Source of the DNA: an uncultured Gammaproteobacteria bacterium
Lineage (GTDB): Bacteria; Actinomycetota; Acidimicrobiia; Spongiisociales; SHLN01
Direction: 5' to 3'
Length of the DNA: 43,364 nt
Assembly: GCA_964195005.1 (NCBI GenBank)
Contig: CAXMOO010000078.1
Location: 1-43,364 of the forward strand
The first letter of the stretch is position 1; every line of letters starts with the position of its first letter. Both the position numbers and the translations under genes were made by a program. Below the pieces are notes generated by a model. It was not told where the DNA came from and made no database searches. It was given only the letters and a program-made list of their open reading frames with translations. Below, piece after piece: positions 8,254 to 17,562 of the stretch.

Positions 8254-9819
8254 TCAGGATCCGGGAATCTTCATCAAGATCAGCTGACCTGCCTCGCGTT
8301 TCTTGGTGAGATCAGGCAAGACCCCGGGGTCGTCGGGGTTGGGCACGACCTCCATCTTCTGGAAGACACCGTGCGATTGCACGTCGAGGAGCCAGGCTCC
8401 AGGGCCGAACCAGTGAGATGCGTCGATGATGCCGCTCGACTCGCCATCCAAGTCGTTCACGGTCGCAACGACCTCCCACGTCCCGGCTGCCAGGTCATAG
8501 CGCCAGATACGGGCGTTGTCATTGTCCTCCTGCACCATCAAGCTGTGGCGGCTCGTGTCGATGTTGTCGGCAGCAACGAACGGCACCGCCACCCTCGGAT
8601 CGGTCGAGTCTCCGTCGGCCAGGATCGTCAGACTGTTCACCAGCTTGGGATTGTCCTTGTTCATCACCATCTTGAAGATGCGCCCGTTGTCGGTCAATCC
8701 AACCGTCCCACTCGGGCCCCGCATCAGCCGTCCGGTAACAGGATCAGGCACCACCCGGCTGCGACCCGTGTCGGCGATGTACACCACGCGGGGTCTGCTC
8801 TTGTTGGTGGCCAGGTCCTCGAGACGAAGGAACTGGAAAACGTTGTTGGCGTTCGACCAGTCCTCCAAGGCGGTCTGCGGAGCATCCCCTGTTGTCCCGT
8901 CGGCGACATCGTCCGGTACCCGGATGAATTCGCCCTGGAAGCTCTCACCCGGATCGAGATCCAGGTAGTCGTTGGCTCCGTTGAACGGATCCAACGGATC
9001 GATCGGGACTCCGTTGACACCCGTCACCCGGAACGCCCACAGGCTGCCCGTGTCCGCCCATACCGACGCGGCGTTGCGCGCTATGTACTCGTAGAGCTGA
9101 GCGGAAGGTCCGCTGAAGGTGTCGTCGGTGGTGAGTATCACCCTCTGTTTGTCCCACCTGCCTGGGACCACAATGGTGTTCTCGTGGTTGAGCCGGCCCA
9201 TCCCTGGTATCGGCTTGAATTCCCCGGTAATCGTGTCGTAAGCAACGACGTAGCCCGCCTGCCGTTGGCCTGCAAGCGACGGGTCGGCACCATAGGTGGC
9301 CCCTGCCGGCACGTCGATGACGTCGTTCGACTCCTCATTGGCGAAGAAGAACGGGTTGGGGAATCCATGTCCGCGGGTGGCCAGGAATGCCGAGCAGAAC
9401 CGAATGAAGCCGGCGCTGGACGGAACTACGACCTCGCCGGCCAGGAACGCACCGCTGTCGCGATCGAGGGTGATCTTGGAAACCGACGCGTCCTCAAAAT
9501 CGGAGAGCGGCGGGCCGATGGCGCCGCTGAGCGGCGGGAACGGCACGGTGGATTGCTCATGAGCCACGTACACGTCCACAGTGTTACCTGCACCGTTAAT
9601 CGCTCCGAGCCCGTCGGGTAGCCCTTCAAACGTGAACCCGTTGATGCTCTCGCCTACGGTGATGATCCCCTGGACGGTACCCGGAACCGTCAGCGTAATA
9701 AATGGATCCTGAGTGGTAAGCCAGCCCTGACCGTGAGCCGAGGCCGGCGCCGGCAGTAAGCCCATAGTCAACGCCACCACCGAAATGACGAGCCACATTC
9801 TTCGTAATCTGAACCTCAC
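8254..9819 (-). CDS. Secreted beta-propeller protein, PhoX/DUF839-like (putative phosphatase)
   Basis: Signal peptide VRFRLRRMWLVISVVALTMGLLPAPASA. Blades with NHENT, LRLEDL, YIADTG, VQEDND motifs reminiscent of DUF839. Start set to GTG 9819, with GGAGGAGG 7 nt upstream. Family assignment is by memory only. Confidence 0.5.
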   Translation of the reverse strand: MRFRLRRMWLVISVVALTMGLLPAPASAHGQGWLTTQDPFITLTVPGTVQGIITVGESINGFTFEGLPDGLGAINGAGNTVDVYVAHEQSTVPFPPLSGAIGPPLSDFEDASVSKITLDRDSGAFLAGEVVVPSSAGFIRFCSAFLATRGHGFPNPFFFANEESNDVIDVPAGATYGADPSLAGQRQAGYVVAYDTITGEFKPIPGMGRLNHENTIVVPGRWDKQRVILTTDDTFSGPSAQLYEYIARNAASVWADTGSLWAFRVTGVNGVPIDPLDPFNGANDYLDLDPGESFQGEFIRVPDDVADGTTGDAPQTALEDWSNANNVFQFLRLEDLATNKSRPRVVYIADTGRSRVVPDPVTGRLMRGPSGTVGLTDNGRIFKMVMNKDNPKLVNSLTILADGDSTDPRVAVPFVAADNIDTSRHSLMVQEDNDNARIWRYDLAAGTWEVVATVNDLDGESSGIIDASHWFGPGAWLLDVQSHGVFQKMEVVPNPDDPGVLPDLTKKREAGQLILMKIPGS

Positions 9820-9973
9820 AGTCGAACCTCCTCCGCTCCTTCGACCACTTGCAGTCGGGCAACGTACCCGACCACCCAAGCCTACCCAACGTGATTAGGA
9901 CGTGCGCCGTTCGCTTTCGACTTCGGCCCTCCGGCGACGAGTAACGTGGGGGATCACCTAGAAAGGGGACAGC

Positions 9974-10357
9974 ATGCTCGCCGACCACACGATCGAGCTA
10001 TCACTACCTGCCTCGGATATTGCCAGGGCCAAGGCGTTCTACCAGGACAAGCTGGGGCTCAAGCCCACCCAGGAGCTGCCCGACGGCGGCGCCTTCTACG
10101 AATCAGGCCAAGCCAGGTTCCTGCTCTATCCATCGCCGTTCGCCGGCACCAACCAAGCCACCGCTGGTGGTTGGGCGGTGAGCAGCGTCCCAGATACAGT
10201 GGCTGAGCTCCGTTCCAACGGAGTCGTATTTGAGGAGTACGATCTCGACGAGCTGAAGACCGAGGACGGAGTAGCCACGACCGAAGAGGGCCTCCGCGCA
10301 GCCTGGTTCAAAGACAGCGAAGGCAACATCCTCGGCGTATTCGAGGAGCCTTCCTAA
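9974..10357 (+). CDS. VOC (glyoxalase/bleomycin-resistance/dioxygenase) family protein
   Basis: 127 aa; ARAKAFYQDKLGL and C-terminal FKDSEGNILGV are typical of a single VOC module. Confidence 0.75.
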   Translation: MLADHTIELSLPASDIARAKAFYQDKLGLKPTQELPDGGAFYESGQARFLLYPSPFAGTNQATAGGWAVSSVPDTVAELRSNGVVFEEYDLDELKTEDGVATTEEGLRAAWFKDSEGNILGVFEEPS

Positions 10358-10986
10358 GACAGCGCGAAGCGGGCCAGCGGTGCATACACCGCTGGCCCGC
10401 GCCCAAGGTGACTCTCGAACACCGTGACATGATCAACAGTTTGACTGAGAGGGAAAGCGGGTACCTGATGGATGAAAGGCCGTACGTCTCGAGGAGGACG
10501 GATCCTGCTCAAGGTGAGGTGAGGATGAAACGGCCGCTCTTCGGGATTGAAGCCCGCTGAAACCGTCGCCTCTTCAACAACGGCAGCGAGCCGGCACAGC
10601 TCGTCGGCGCCGCGGTCCACGCCGAGCCAAAGCACCGTAGCCCGGGCCGGCTTGGGGAACGCTCCCAGGGCGGCAAAGCCGAGGGCGAAGCCGCTCCCCA
10701 GGTCGGCCTCATCCAACCTGGCCAGCAGTTTTTCGTAATCGGTCTGGCTCACTTTCCCCACGAATCGGAGCGTGATGTGCCAGTTCTCAGCGGGTGAGCT
10801 TCTCCCCGGCAGCTGTTCACCAGCCAGGTTGGTCCTCAGATGGGCGGCAAGTCCGTAGCGGAGGTCGGGATCCAGGGCGATCCCGGCGAAGACACGCGGC
10901 TCATAGTCGGGGATCACAATGCCCGGCGCCGCTCTTGGCCGAGCGAGTCGGCCGCCGGCACCAGCCGAGCCCTCACCACCACTCAT
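10354..10986 (-). CDS. thpR: RNA 2',3'-cyclic phosphodiesterase (2H phosphoesterase, ThpR/LigT)
   Basis: Two HxTx motifs: WHITLRF and HPHLTLSR. The true start may lie downstream of 10986, since this ORF overlaps the cinA 3' end by 14 nt. Confidence 0.8.
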   Translation of the reverse strand: MSGGEGSAGAGGRLARPRAAPGIVIPDYEPRVFAGIALDPDLRYGLAAHLRTNLAGEQLPGRSSPAENWHITLRFVGKVSQTDYEKLLARLDEADLGSGFALGFAALGAFPKPARATVLWLGVDRGADELCRLAAVVEEATVSAGFNPEERPFHPHLTLSRIRPPRDVRPFIHQVPAFPLSQTVDHVTVFESHLGRGPAVYAPLARFALS

Positions 10987-12271
10987 CGGTGACGGCCAAC
11001 CGAACCAGGTGGAGAGCGGCGGTGGTGGTGTAAGCCCTAACTCGCTCGCGGTCTCCCGGCATCTTGAAACTCCTGGCCCGACTCCTCTCGGGCGTGGCGA
11101 CTGCCACCACCATCGTCCCGACTGCCTGCTCCTGGGCGTCGGGCCCGGCCGAACCGGTCACAGCCACCACCACATCGACCCCGAGGGTCGAACGGCCGCC
11201 TTCGGCCATGGCCAGCGCCGTCTCTTCGCTCACCACCCCGGCGGCGATCGTATCGTCGGAGACTCCAAGCAGCGTCGCCTTGAGCTCAGCGGCGTAGGCC
11301 ACCACGCTCCCCCGAAAGTGATTGGAGGCACCGGGAACGGATGTCAGACGAGCCGCGAGCATCCCCCCGGTGGCCGACTCAGCCGTTCCCATGGTCCAGC
11401 CCTTGGACTCCAGGGCGTCGAAGATGATCTGCTCGAGCGTCTCATCGTCGGAGCCGAAGATCGAGTCGAGACGCTTTCGGACTTCGACCTCGACCGGGGC
11501 GATCAAGGCATCGGCTTCGTCCTCGGTGGCTGCCTTGGCGGTGAGCCGGATCTTGATCTCGCCGGCCGATGCCAGAAAAGCCATCGTGGGATTGGCCTGG
11601 GCTTCGTACAGGTCGGCGAGAACCTCGGCAACCCGGGACTCGCTGAGGCCGTAGGAGCGCAACACCCGGCTCTTGAGAACGGCTAACTCTCCTCCCTGCA
11701 CCGCCACTAACTCGGGAATCACATGGGCAGCCAGCATGGGCCCCATCTCGGCCGGTACCCCCGGCAGAGCGAAGATTCGCTTGCCTGCCAGGTCGATATC
11801 CAGGCCCGGGGCGGTTCCCTTTCTGTTCTCGATCAGCCTGGCGCCGGCAGGATGCTCGGCCTGCTTGTAATTGGTGGCCGGCATTTCCCGGCCGCGGGAT
11901 GCCCACCAGTCCTCGAGGTGCCGGGCATACTCCTCGCTGTAGGTCATCTCGAGGCCGGTGGCGGCACAGATGCCTTCCCGGGTGAGATCGTCCTGGGTGG
12001 GCCCGATTCCCCCGGTGAGAATCACCGCATCGGCCCGTTCGAGGCTCGCGCTGATTTCGGCAGCCAGCCGTTCGAGATTGTCGCCCACAACGACCTGGTG
12101 GTAGCTGTCGAGCCCGGCCTCGGCCAGCGCGGCACCGATGGTGGCAAAATTGGTATTGACGATTTGGCCGAGCAGCAACTCGGTTCCCACAGCGATGACC
12201 TCGACGCCGAGCGGGTCACTCAACGACGGTACCTGCCAGCTCACTCCCGTATGAAGCGTCGATGAGTACAT
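10973..12271 (-). CDS. cinA: CinA family protein (MoCF-binding domain plus NMN deamidase PncC domain)
   Basis: VIAVGTELLLGQIVNTN, ILTGGIGPTQDDLTRE, C-terminal GTAESATGGMLAARLT. The likely real start is TTG at 12223 (MSDPLGVEVIAVG), which overlaps the rimO stop. Confidence 0.85.
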   Translation of the reverse strand: MYSSTLHTGVSWQVPSLSDPLGVEVIAVGTELLLGQIVNTNFATIGAALAEAGLDSYHQVVVGDNLERLAAEISASLERADAVILTGGIGPTQDDLTREGICAATGLEMTYSEEYARHLEDWWASRGREMPATNYKQAEHPAGARLIENRKGTAPGLDIDLAGKRIFALPGVPAEMGPMLAAHVIPELVAVQGGELAVLKSRVLRSYGLSESRVAEVLADLYEAQANPTMAFLASAGEIKIRLTAKAATEDEADALIAPVEVEVRKRLDSIFGSDDETLEQIIFDALESKGWTMGTAESATGGMLAARLTSVPGASNHFRGSVVAYAAELKATLLGVSDDTIAAGVVSEETALAMAEGGRSTLGVDVVVAVTGSAGPDAQEQAVGTMVVAVATPERSRARSFKMPGDRERVRAYTTTAALHLVRLAVTDEWW

Positions 12272-13529
12272 CCACCAGATCGCCCGGTTTGCCGTGGTCG
12301 AACTCGATGACGCCGTCGATCTCGGGGGCCTCGCGGTAGGAGCGCCCGTAGGGTCGGCCGTCTTCTACCCCGTCGACCAGAACCTCGAGGGTTCGGCCCA
12401 CCATTGCCGCGTTGCGTTCGGCTGTGATTTCTTCCTGGAGGCTCTGCAGGTAGCGCAGCCTTTCCCCCACCACGTCATTGGGGAGTCGCCCGGGGAGGTC
12501 GGCGGCCGGAGTACCTTCTTCCGCTGAATACGGAAAGAACCCTGCCCAGTCGAGCCCGGCTGTCTCCAGGAACTCGGCAAGCTCCTCGACGTCGGCTTCA
12601 GTTTCGCCGGGAAACCCGACGATGAAGCTCGAGCGGGTGGCCGCCTGCGGATTACCGGAGCGTATATCGCCGATGAGCTCCAGAAAGCGGTCGCCGTCGC
12701 CGGGACGTTTCATCGCTCGAAGCAAGTGCCGCGAGGCATGCTGCAGGCTGAGATCGAAGTAGGGGGCGATGCGGGGGTTCGAAGTCATCTCGGCGATCAG
12801 CGCCGGGCGGATCTCCCGGGGATACAGGTAGAGCAAGCGGAACCACTGCACGCCCTCGATATCGGACACGAACCGGAGCAGGTCCTCGATTCCTCCCGGT
12901 GCGTCGATGTCCCTCCCGTAGGCCGCCAGGTCCTGGGCGACGAGAACAATCTCCCGAGCCCCGTCCGCAGCCAACTCCTCGACCTCTTGGCGAATGTTGA
13001 CCGGCGGCCGCGACCGCTGCTTGCCGCGGATGAGCGGAATCGCACAGAAGGTGCAGGGCTTGTCGCATCCTTCGGCCACCTTGACGTATGCGTAAGGAGT
13101 GGTGAGCGTGGGACGGCGAACCTCGTACAGGATGTCCATCGGGCTACGAAGCAGACGTACCGGCTGCCAGTTGGTCAGCCGGTCGAGCGTCCCCACCAGC
13201 TCCCCATAACGGTCGAGCCCCAGCACCGCGTCGGCGGCTGGAAACGCCTCCTCAACCTCCACCCCAAAGCGCTGCGCCATGCAACCGAGCACTACCAGCT
13301 TCGCGTCGTCTCGCTTGGCGTCTTCCGGCTCGATGATGGTGTCGACCGACTCTTCACGGGCGGCCTCGATGAATGCGCAGGTGTTGACCATCACCACATC
13401 GGCATCATCCGGTGAATCTGCGGTTGCGTATCCGGCATCCGCCAGAATTGCGGAGAGTTTGTCTGAATCGACCTGGTTCTTGGCGCACCCGAGGGTCGTG
13501 AGCCACACCCGCCTGGTGTCACTGGTCAT
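12216..13529 (-). CDS. rimO: Ribosomal protein S12 methylthiotransferase RimO (radical SAM, MiaB family, TRAM domain)
   Basis: VWLTTLGCAKNQVDSD, radical-SAM CDKPCTFC, C-terminal TRAM-like region. Start set to ATG 13529 (MTSDTRRVWL). Confidence 0.85.
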   Translation of the reverse strand: MTSDTRRVWLTTLGCAKNQVDSDKLSAILADAGYATADSPDDADVVMVNTCAFIEAAREESVDTIIEPEDAKRDDAKLVVLGCMAQRFGVEVEEAFPAADAVLGLDRYGELVGTLDRLTNWQPVRLLRSPMDILYEVRRPTLTTPYAYVKVAEGCDKPCTFCAIPLIRGKQRSRPPVNIRQEVEELAADGAREIVLVAQDLAAYGRDIDAPGGIEDLLRFVSDIEGVQWFRLLYLYPREIRPALIAEMTSNPRIAPYFDLSLQHASRHLLRAMKRPGDGDRFLELIGDIRSGNPQAATRSSFIVGFPGETEADVEELAEFLETAGLDWAGFFPYSAEEGTPAADLPGRLPNDVVGERLRYLQSLQEEITAERNAAMVGRTLEVLVDGVEDGRPYGRSYREAPEIDGVIEFDHGKPGDLVDVLIDASYGSELAGTVVE

Positions 13530-13551
13530 CGGGTTAGCGTAGCTGCGCCGC

Positions 13552-14736
13552 ATGAGATCCCTCACCCTCCCCCAGGCTCGCCGTATCGCCCTGGCAGCCC
13601 AGGGCCTGGCAGGGCCGCGGCCTGCAGGACGAGTCGACGTTCGCCATTTTCGCCGGGTGATAGGCCGGTTGCACGTGATCCAGCTTGATTCCGTGATCGT
13701 GGCGGTGAGAGCCCACTACATGCCGTTTTTCTCTCGCCTCGGCTCGTACGACCGTGATCGACTCGACGAGTGGATCAACGGGCCCGAAGTCTTCGAGTAT
13801 TGGGGCCACGAGGCCTCTTTCATGTCGACCGACGACTATTCGCTGCTCCGGTATCGGATGAAGGACATGGAGCCGTGGGGCCGGGCGCTCAAGCTCCTCG
13901 AGGACAACCCCCGCTACATCGATTCGATCTACCGAGAAGTGGCCCGCAAGGGACCGCTCACCGTATCGGACCTGGACAACCCCGGGAGTCGCACCGGGCC
14001 GTGGTGGGGATATCACAACGGCAAGACGGCCCTCGAATGGCTCAATGCCGCCGGGAGGATCACTACCAGGGGCCGTGACTACACGTTCAAGAGCGTGTAC
14101 GACCTTTCGAGCCGCGCGATCCCCGCCGAAGCCAGGCGGCAGCGCTTCGGTCGGGCCGAAGCCCAGCGGCGCCTGCTGCTTAAGGCCGCCCGGGCTCACG
14201 GCGTTGGCACCGCGGCAGATCTAGCCGACTACTACCGGATCCGGGTCCCCGAAGCCCGACCTCTCCTCGAAAAGCTCGCCGTTTCCGGCCGGCTGCAGGA
14301 AGTCACGGTGCAAGGCTGGAAGGATCAGGCCTACCTGCATCCAGATGCCGTGCTGCCACGCCGCGTCACGGGCGCCAGGCTGCTCAGTCCGTTCGACTCA
14401 CTCATCTGGGCGCGTCCCCGGGTGAGCCGCCTCTTCGGCTTCGACTACCGGATCGAGATCTACGTCCCCAAACCGCAACGCCGGTACGGCTACTACGTGT
14501 ATCCATTTCTCCTTGACGGGGAATTGGTGGGGCGGGTCGATCTCAAGGCCGACCGCAAGGCCCGCCTGTTGCGGGTGCCCGCCGCCTTCGTGGAACCAGG
14601 TCGTCCCGTTGACCGGGTAGCTGGGCAACTGGCCGTGGAGCTGAAGCTGATGGCCGATTGGCTTGGGCTCGACGGAGTAGCGGTTGGCCGCCGGGGCAAC
14701 CTGGCGACCGATTTGCGGCGCCGAATCCGGGGCTGA
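13552..14736 (+). CDS. Winged-helix DNA glycosylase-like protein (YcaQ/AlkZ-like, DUF1006 family)
   Basis: LTLPQARRIALAAQGL, IQLDSV, AHYMPFFSRLG, FEYWGHEASF, RIEIYVPKPQRRYGYYVYPFL match my recollection of the YcaQ family. Confidence 0.7.
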   Translation: MRSLTLPQARRIALAAQGLAGPRPAGRVDVRHFRRVIGRLHVIQLDSVIVAVRAHYMPFFSRLGSYDRDRLDEWINGPEVFEYWGHEASFMSTDDYSLLRYRMKDMEPWGRALKLLEDNPRYIDSIYREVARKGPLTVSDLDNPGSRTGPWWGYHNGKTALEWLNAAGRITTRGRDYTFKSVYDLSSRAIPAEARRQRFGRAEAQRRLLLKAARAHGVGTAADLADYYRIRVPEARPLLEKLAVSGRLQEVTVQGWKDQAYLHPDAVLPRRVTGARLLSPFDSLIWARPRVSRLFGFDYRIEIYVPKPQRRYGYYVYPFLLDGELVGRVDLKADRKARLLRVPAAFVEPGRPVDRVAGQLAVELKLMADWLGLDGVAVGRRGNLATDLRRRIRG

Positions 14737-14817
14737 CAATACACTGTTAAATCCTGTGGATATACGTTAGTTACCATTAACACTGGAGTCTAGGCGCAGT
14801 CAGGTTTTCCCAGTACG

Positions 14818-15462
14818 ATGCATGTGCTGAAGGCCGGGGTCGAGATGAACTATGGGTGGAGAGTCGGGGTCGTGATAGCACTCATCGTGGTCATGGCCGT
14901 GGCTCTCGCAAGTTTGCTGCTCCGGGATTCTGGTGCGGCCACCGCCGACACCACGCCGGCCCCAACGACCACCTCGCTCCCTCCGACCACTACCTCGACG
15001 ACCACCAGCACCACGACCGCGGCCACGACAACCACTACGACGACCATCAACCCCGAAGCCCGCATCGCCGAAGTCGAGCTGATCCTGGAAGATCTCTACG
15101 TGCGGTGGTTCGACGCCATCTATCGAAAAGACGAGTCGGCGCTCCCCGACATCGTGGCGTTACAGCGCAGTTACGATGCGGCGGTCGACGCAATGCCGGC
15201 CGCCGAATTTCTCGCAGCACCAGCGGAAGCCGGAGTCGACCTTACCGTCAAGGAGATCCTCCTCGACCAGTCCCACTGCCTCGTCGTTGAATTCGAAATG
15301 GATTTGAGCGAGCTCCTGGGTCCAGACCGCGCGCAGAATGGCGTGCGGATACTTTGGCCTAGAGGGGAAGGCGGGACCTGGAGGCTGGCGCGATTGTGGA
15401 GTGGGCCAGGCGATCTCTGGGAGGTTGATTGTGACCTGACCGATCGGACCGAAATTCCATGA
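14818..15462 (+). CDS. Membrane-anchored hypothetical protein with Thr-rich linker
   Basis: TM helix VGVVIALIVVMAVALASLLL, about 45-aa T/P/S linker (TTTSTTTSTTTAATTTTTTT), then a globular ~130-aa domain. Start may be ATG 14845. The stop overlaps the next start (ATGA). Confidence 0.6.
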   Translation: MHVLKAGVEMNYGWRVGVVIALIVVMAVALASLLLRDSGAATADTTPAPTTTSLPPTTTSTTTSTTTAATTTTTTTINPEARIAEVELILEDLYVRWFDAIYRKDESALPDIVALQRSYDAAVDAMPAAEFLAAPAEAGVDLTVKEILLDQSHCLVVEFEMDLSELLGPDRAQNGVRILWPRGEGGTWRLARLWSGPGDLWEVDCDLTDRTEIP

Positions 15463-16358
15463 GATCCGCCGCGGTGGCATTCTTGGTTTCGGTCTCGCTG
15501 ATCACCCAGCTGGCACCGGCGTCTGCCCAGGAAGCGGAGGACTCTGTCCTGTATTGCTGGCACGAGACACGCTTGGTAGACGGATTCGAGTACGCCGACT
15601 TCACAGTTTGCCGCACAGCCGGCGGCGACATCATCTCAAGCACTGCCACCAGCCGGGCACCTCCCGAAATCATCGATGTCAACGTGACCAACGTTTCGGG
15701 GATCGAATGTTGGTACTGGACCACCGTTGAGACATTGTGGGTGGCGTTCGGAATCTCCGGAGACCTCACGCTCCACTTCGGCTACGACCTCGGCGGACCG
15801 GGCGGGCCCATCGTATTCGACTGGTTTGCTCCGCCCTGTCGGTCAGAACCGTTAGAAACCGCCACCAACATCGAACTGGTGTGGGACATCGTCGAGCCGC
15901 ACATCCATGCGGTGCCGAATCCCAATACCAGCCCGACGGTGGGCATCACCGGGCTGGAAACGTTCATCAGTGTCACTCCCCCCGCTCCCATCACCGACGC
16001 GATCGTCTCGCCGGTGACCGGTAACGTGCTCACCGCCGAGATCAAGGTCGCCGAAGTCCACGTCGACTGGGGCGACGGCGCCACCGACAACTTCCCCGAA
16101 GTCACCTTCCCCAATCTCACCGACTATCCGGACGGGATTATTCGCCACGAATACCAGACCAAGACCTGTGCTTCTCCCGGGGCATCAGCCTCGTGCCATC
16201 CCAGCCTCGCCGCCTACCCGATCACAGTGTCCTACGAATGGTTCGTCCGCTGGCGTGTCAACTCCGAGCCCTGGAACATCCTCGCCATCCCCGACACCCT
16301 CACAATCCTCAGCTACGACGTAGACGAAATCATCAGCCGCAACGTCGCCAACGGATAA
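15459..16358 (+). CDS. Secreted hypothetical protein with PKD-like VDWGDG motif
   Basis: Signal peptide MRSAAVAFLVSVSLITQLAPASA. HVDWGDGATDNF resembles the PKD-domain signature. Translationally coupled to the upstream gene. Confidence 0.6.
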   Translation: MRSAAVAFLVSVSLITQLAPASAQEAEDSVLYCWHETRLVDGFEYADFTVCRTAGGDIISSTATSRAPPEIIDVNVTNVSGIECWYWTTVETLWVAFGISGDLTLHFGYDLGGPGGPIVFDWFAPPCRSEPLETATNIELVWDIVEPHIHAVPNPNTSPTVGITGLETFISVTPPAPITDAIVSPVTGNVLTAEIKVAEVHVDWGDGATDNFPEVTFPNLTDYPDGIIRHEYQTKTCASPGASASCHPSLAAYPITVSYEWFVRWRVNSEPWNILAIPDTLTILSYDVDEIISRNVANG

Positions 16359-16383
16359 AAGACCCGGGAGCGTGCCAGGAACC

Positions 16384-16432
16384 CCTCCCCCTCTTCGCCA
16401 TCACTACGCTCAGGCGGTCCTCCCCAAGGAGG
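16384..16432 (+). repeat. R1 C-rich 49-nt intergenic repeat, copy a
   Basis: cctccccctcttcgccatcactacgctcaggcggtcctccccaaggagg. 43/49 identical to 31579-31627 and 42/49 to the reverse complement of 26903-26951. Confidence 0.75.
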
Positions 16433-16463
16433 AAGATGGGAACCGGACTCGAGAGGCTTTAAG

Positions 16464-16492
16464 CCTCCCCCTCCTCACCCACCCCCAGGAGG
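16464..16492 (+). repeat. R1 repeat, internally deleted copy a'
   Basis: cctccccctcctc-accc-acccccaggagg. This equals both ends of copy b with about 20 central nt missing. Confidence 0.6.
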
Positions 16493-16507
16493 ACATGACA
16501 AACCCGC

Positions 16508-17506
16508 CTAGCCGCAGACCGCCTTGAGGTCGGAGTAGGGGTTGATCGACTCCCCGTCGACCAGGATTTCGAAATGGACGTGGAGCTTGGCTCCTTTGGC
16601 GTTTCCGGTGTCGCCAATGTAGCCGATGATCTCCCCGGCCTCGACGCGACCGGCGGGACCGAAGCCGTCCAGGTGGGACCCGATGTAGGTGCGGCCATCG
16701 TCTCCGTACAACCAGAACTGGAGGCCGCCGAGACGGCCGTCGATTCGCTCGACCGTGCCGGCGATGGGGGCCCTGACGGGAGTGTTTCGAGGAGCGAACA
16801 GGTCGTTCCCCTCGTGTGTTCGACCGTTGGGCCTGGCAAAGCCAAAGTCGTTGATGAAGACGGCGCTTGGCACCGGGCAGGTCAGCCTGGTAGCGGACTC
16901 TTGAATCACGAGCTTTGCTCCCGCCCGGATGAAGTTGGGATTGGTGATGCCATTGGCCTCCATGAGAGCTGCGGTGAATGTGTCGTACCGGATGGCAATA
17001 CCGCCGAGAGTCTCGCCGAACTTCACAACATGGGTCCGGAGTGGCGCCGGTTTCTTCTTGGCGGGAGGTTCCTTCCGAGCGGGCGCTTCCTTGACGGGGG
17101 CCTTCTTGTTGGGAGGGTCCGGGGCGGCCGCTTTTTCCGCAGCCGGTATGGTCAGCGGCTTGCCGGAGACGATGAAGTTGACGTTCCGAATCCCATTGGC
17201 TGCCACCAGGGCGGACATTGGTCGACCAAACAGCGCAGCAATCTCCGCCAGGGTGTCGCCCGGCCGCACTACGTAAACCACCGACTGGTCCTGCTCGGAT
17301 TTCCCGGGGATCTCGAGAACCTGGCCGACCCGAATCAGGTTGGGGTTGGAGATGTTGTTGGCATTGACGAGGGCGGCGACCGAGGTTCCGTTTTCGATTG
17401 CGATGGCCGACAGGGTGTCGCCCGACTTGACGACGTAAGACCCGAGACCGGCCGCGCCGAGAAGGAACACGCTGAGAAGGGAGACGAGGGTACGGCGAAG
17501 TTTCAT
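16508..17506 (-). CDS. Secreted peptidoglycan hydrolase: three LysM domains plus M23 metallopeptidase
   Basis: Signal peptide; three [13 protein letters not shown]-type LysM repeats; M23 motifs HEGNDLFA and HVHFE. Confidence 0.85.
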   Translation of the reverse strand: MKLRRTLVSLLSVFLLGAAGLGSYVVKSGDTLSAIAIENGTSVAALVNANNISNPNLIRVGQVLEIPGKSEQDQSVVYVVRPGDTLAEIAALFGRPMSALVAANGIRNVNFIVSGKPLTIPAAEKAAAPDPPNKKAPVKEAPARKEPPAKKKPAPLRTHVVKFGETLGGIAIRYDTFTAALMEANGITNPNFIRAGAKLVIQESATRLTCPVPSAVFINDFGFARPNGRTHEGNDLFAPRNTPVRAPIAGTVERIDGRLGGLQFWLYGDDGRTYIGSHLDGFGPAGRVEAGEIIGYIGDTGNAKGAKLHVHFEILVDGESINPYSDLKAVCG

Positions 17507-17562
17507 TGGTCCAGTCGCTCCGCCCGCCGGGACAGGCTACCCGGAAGTCGCGAAAACCAGGA

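Noticed and set aside
8242-9621. 459-aa plus-strand ORF
   Set aside because: It is antisense to the signal-peptide-bearing PhoX-like gene, and its Arg/Val/Gly-rich composition is typical of a shadow frame.
17507-17562. ydaO/cyclic-di-AMP riboswitch upstream of the LysM-M23 hydrolase
   Set aside because: Only 56 nt separate it from the upstream gene, which is far too short for that riboswitch.
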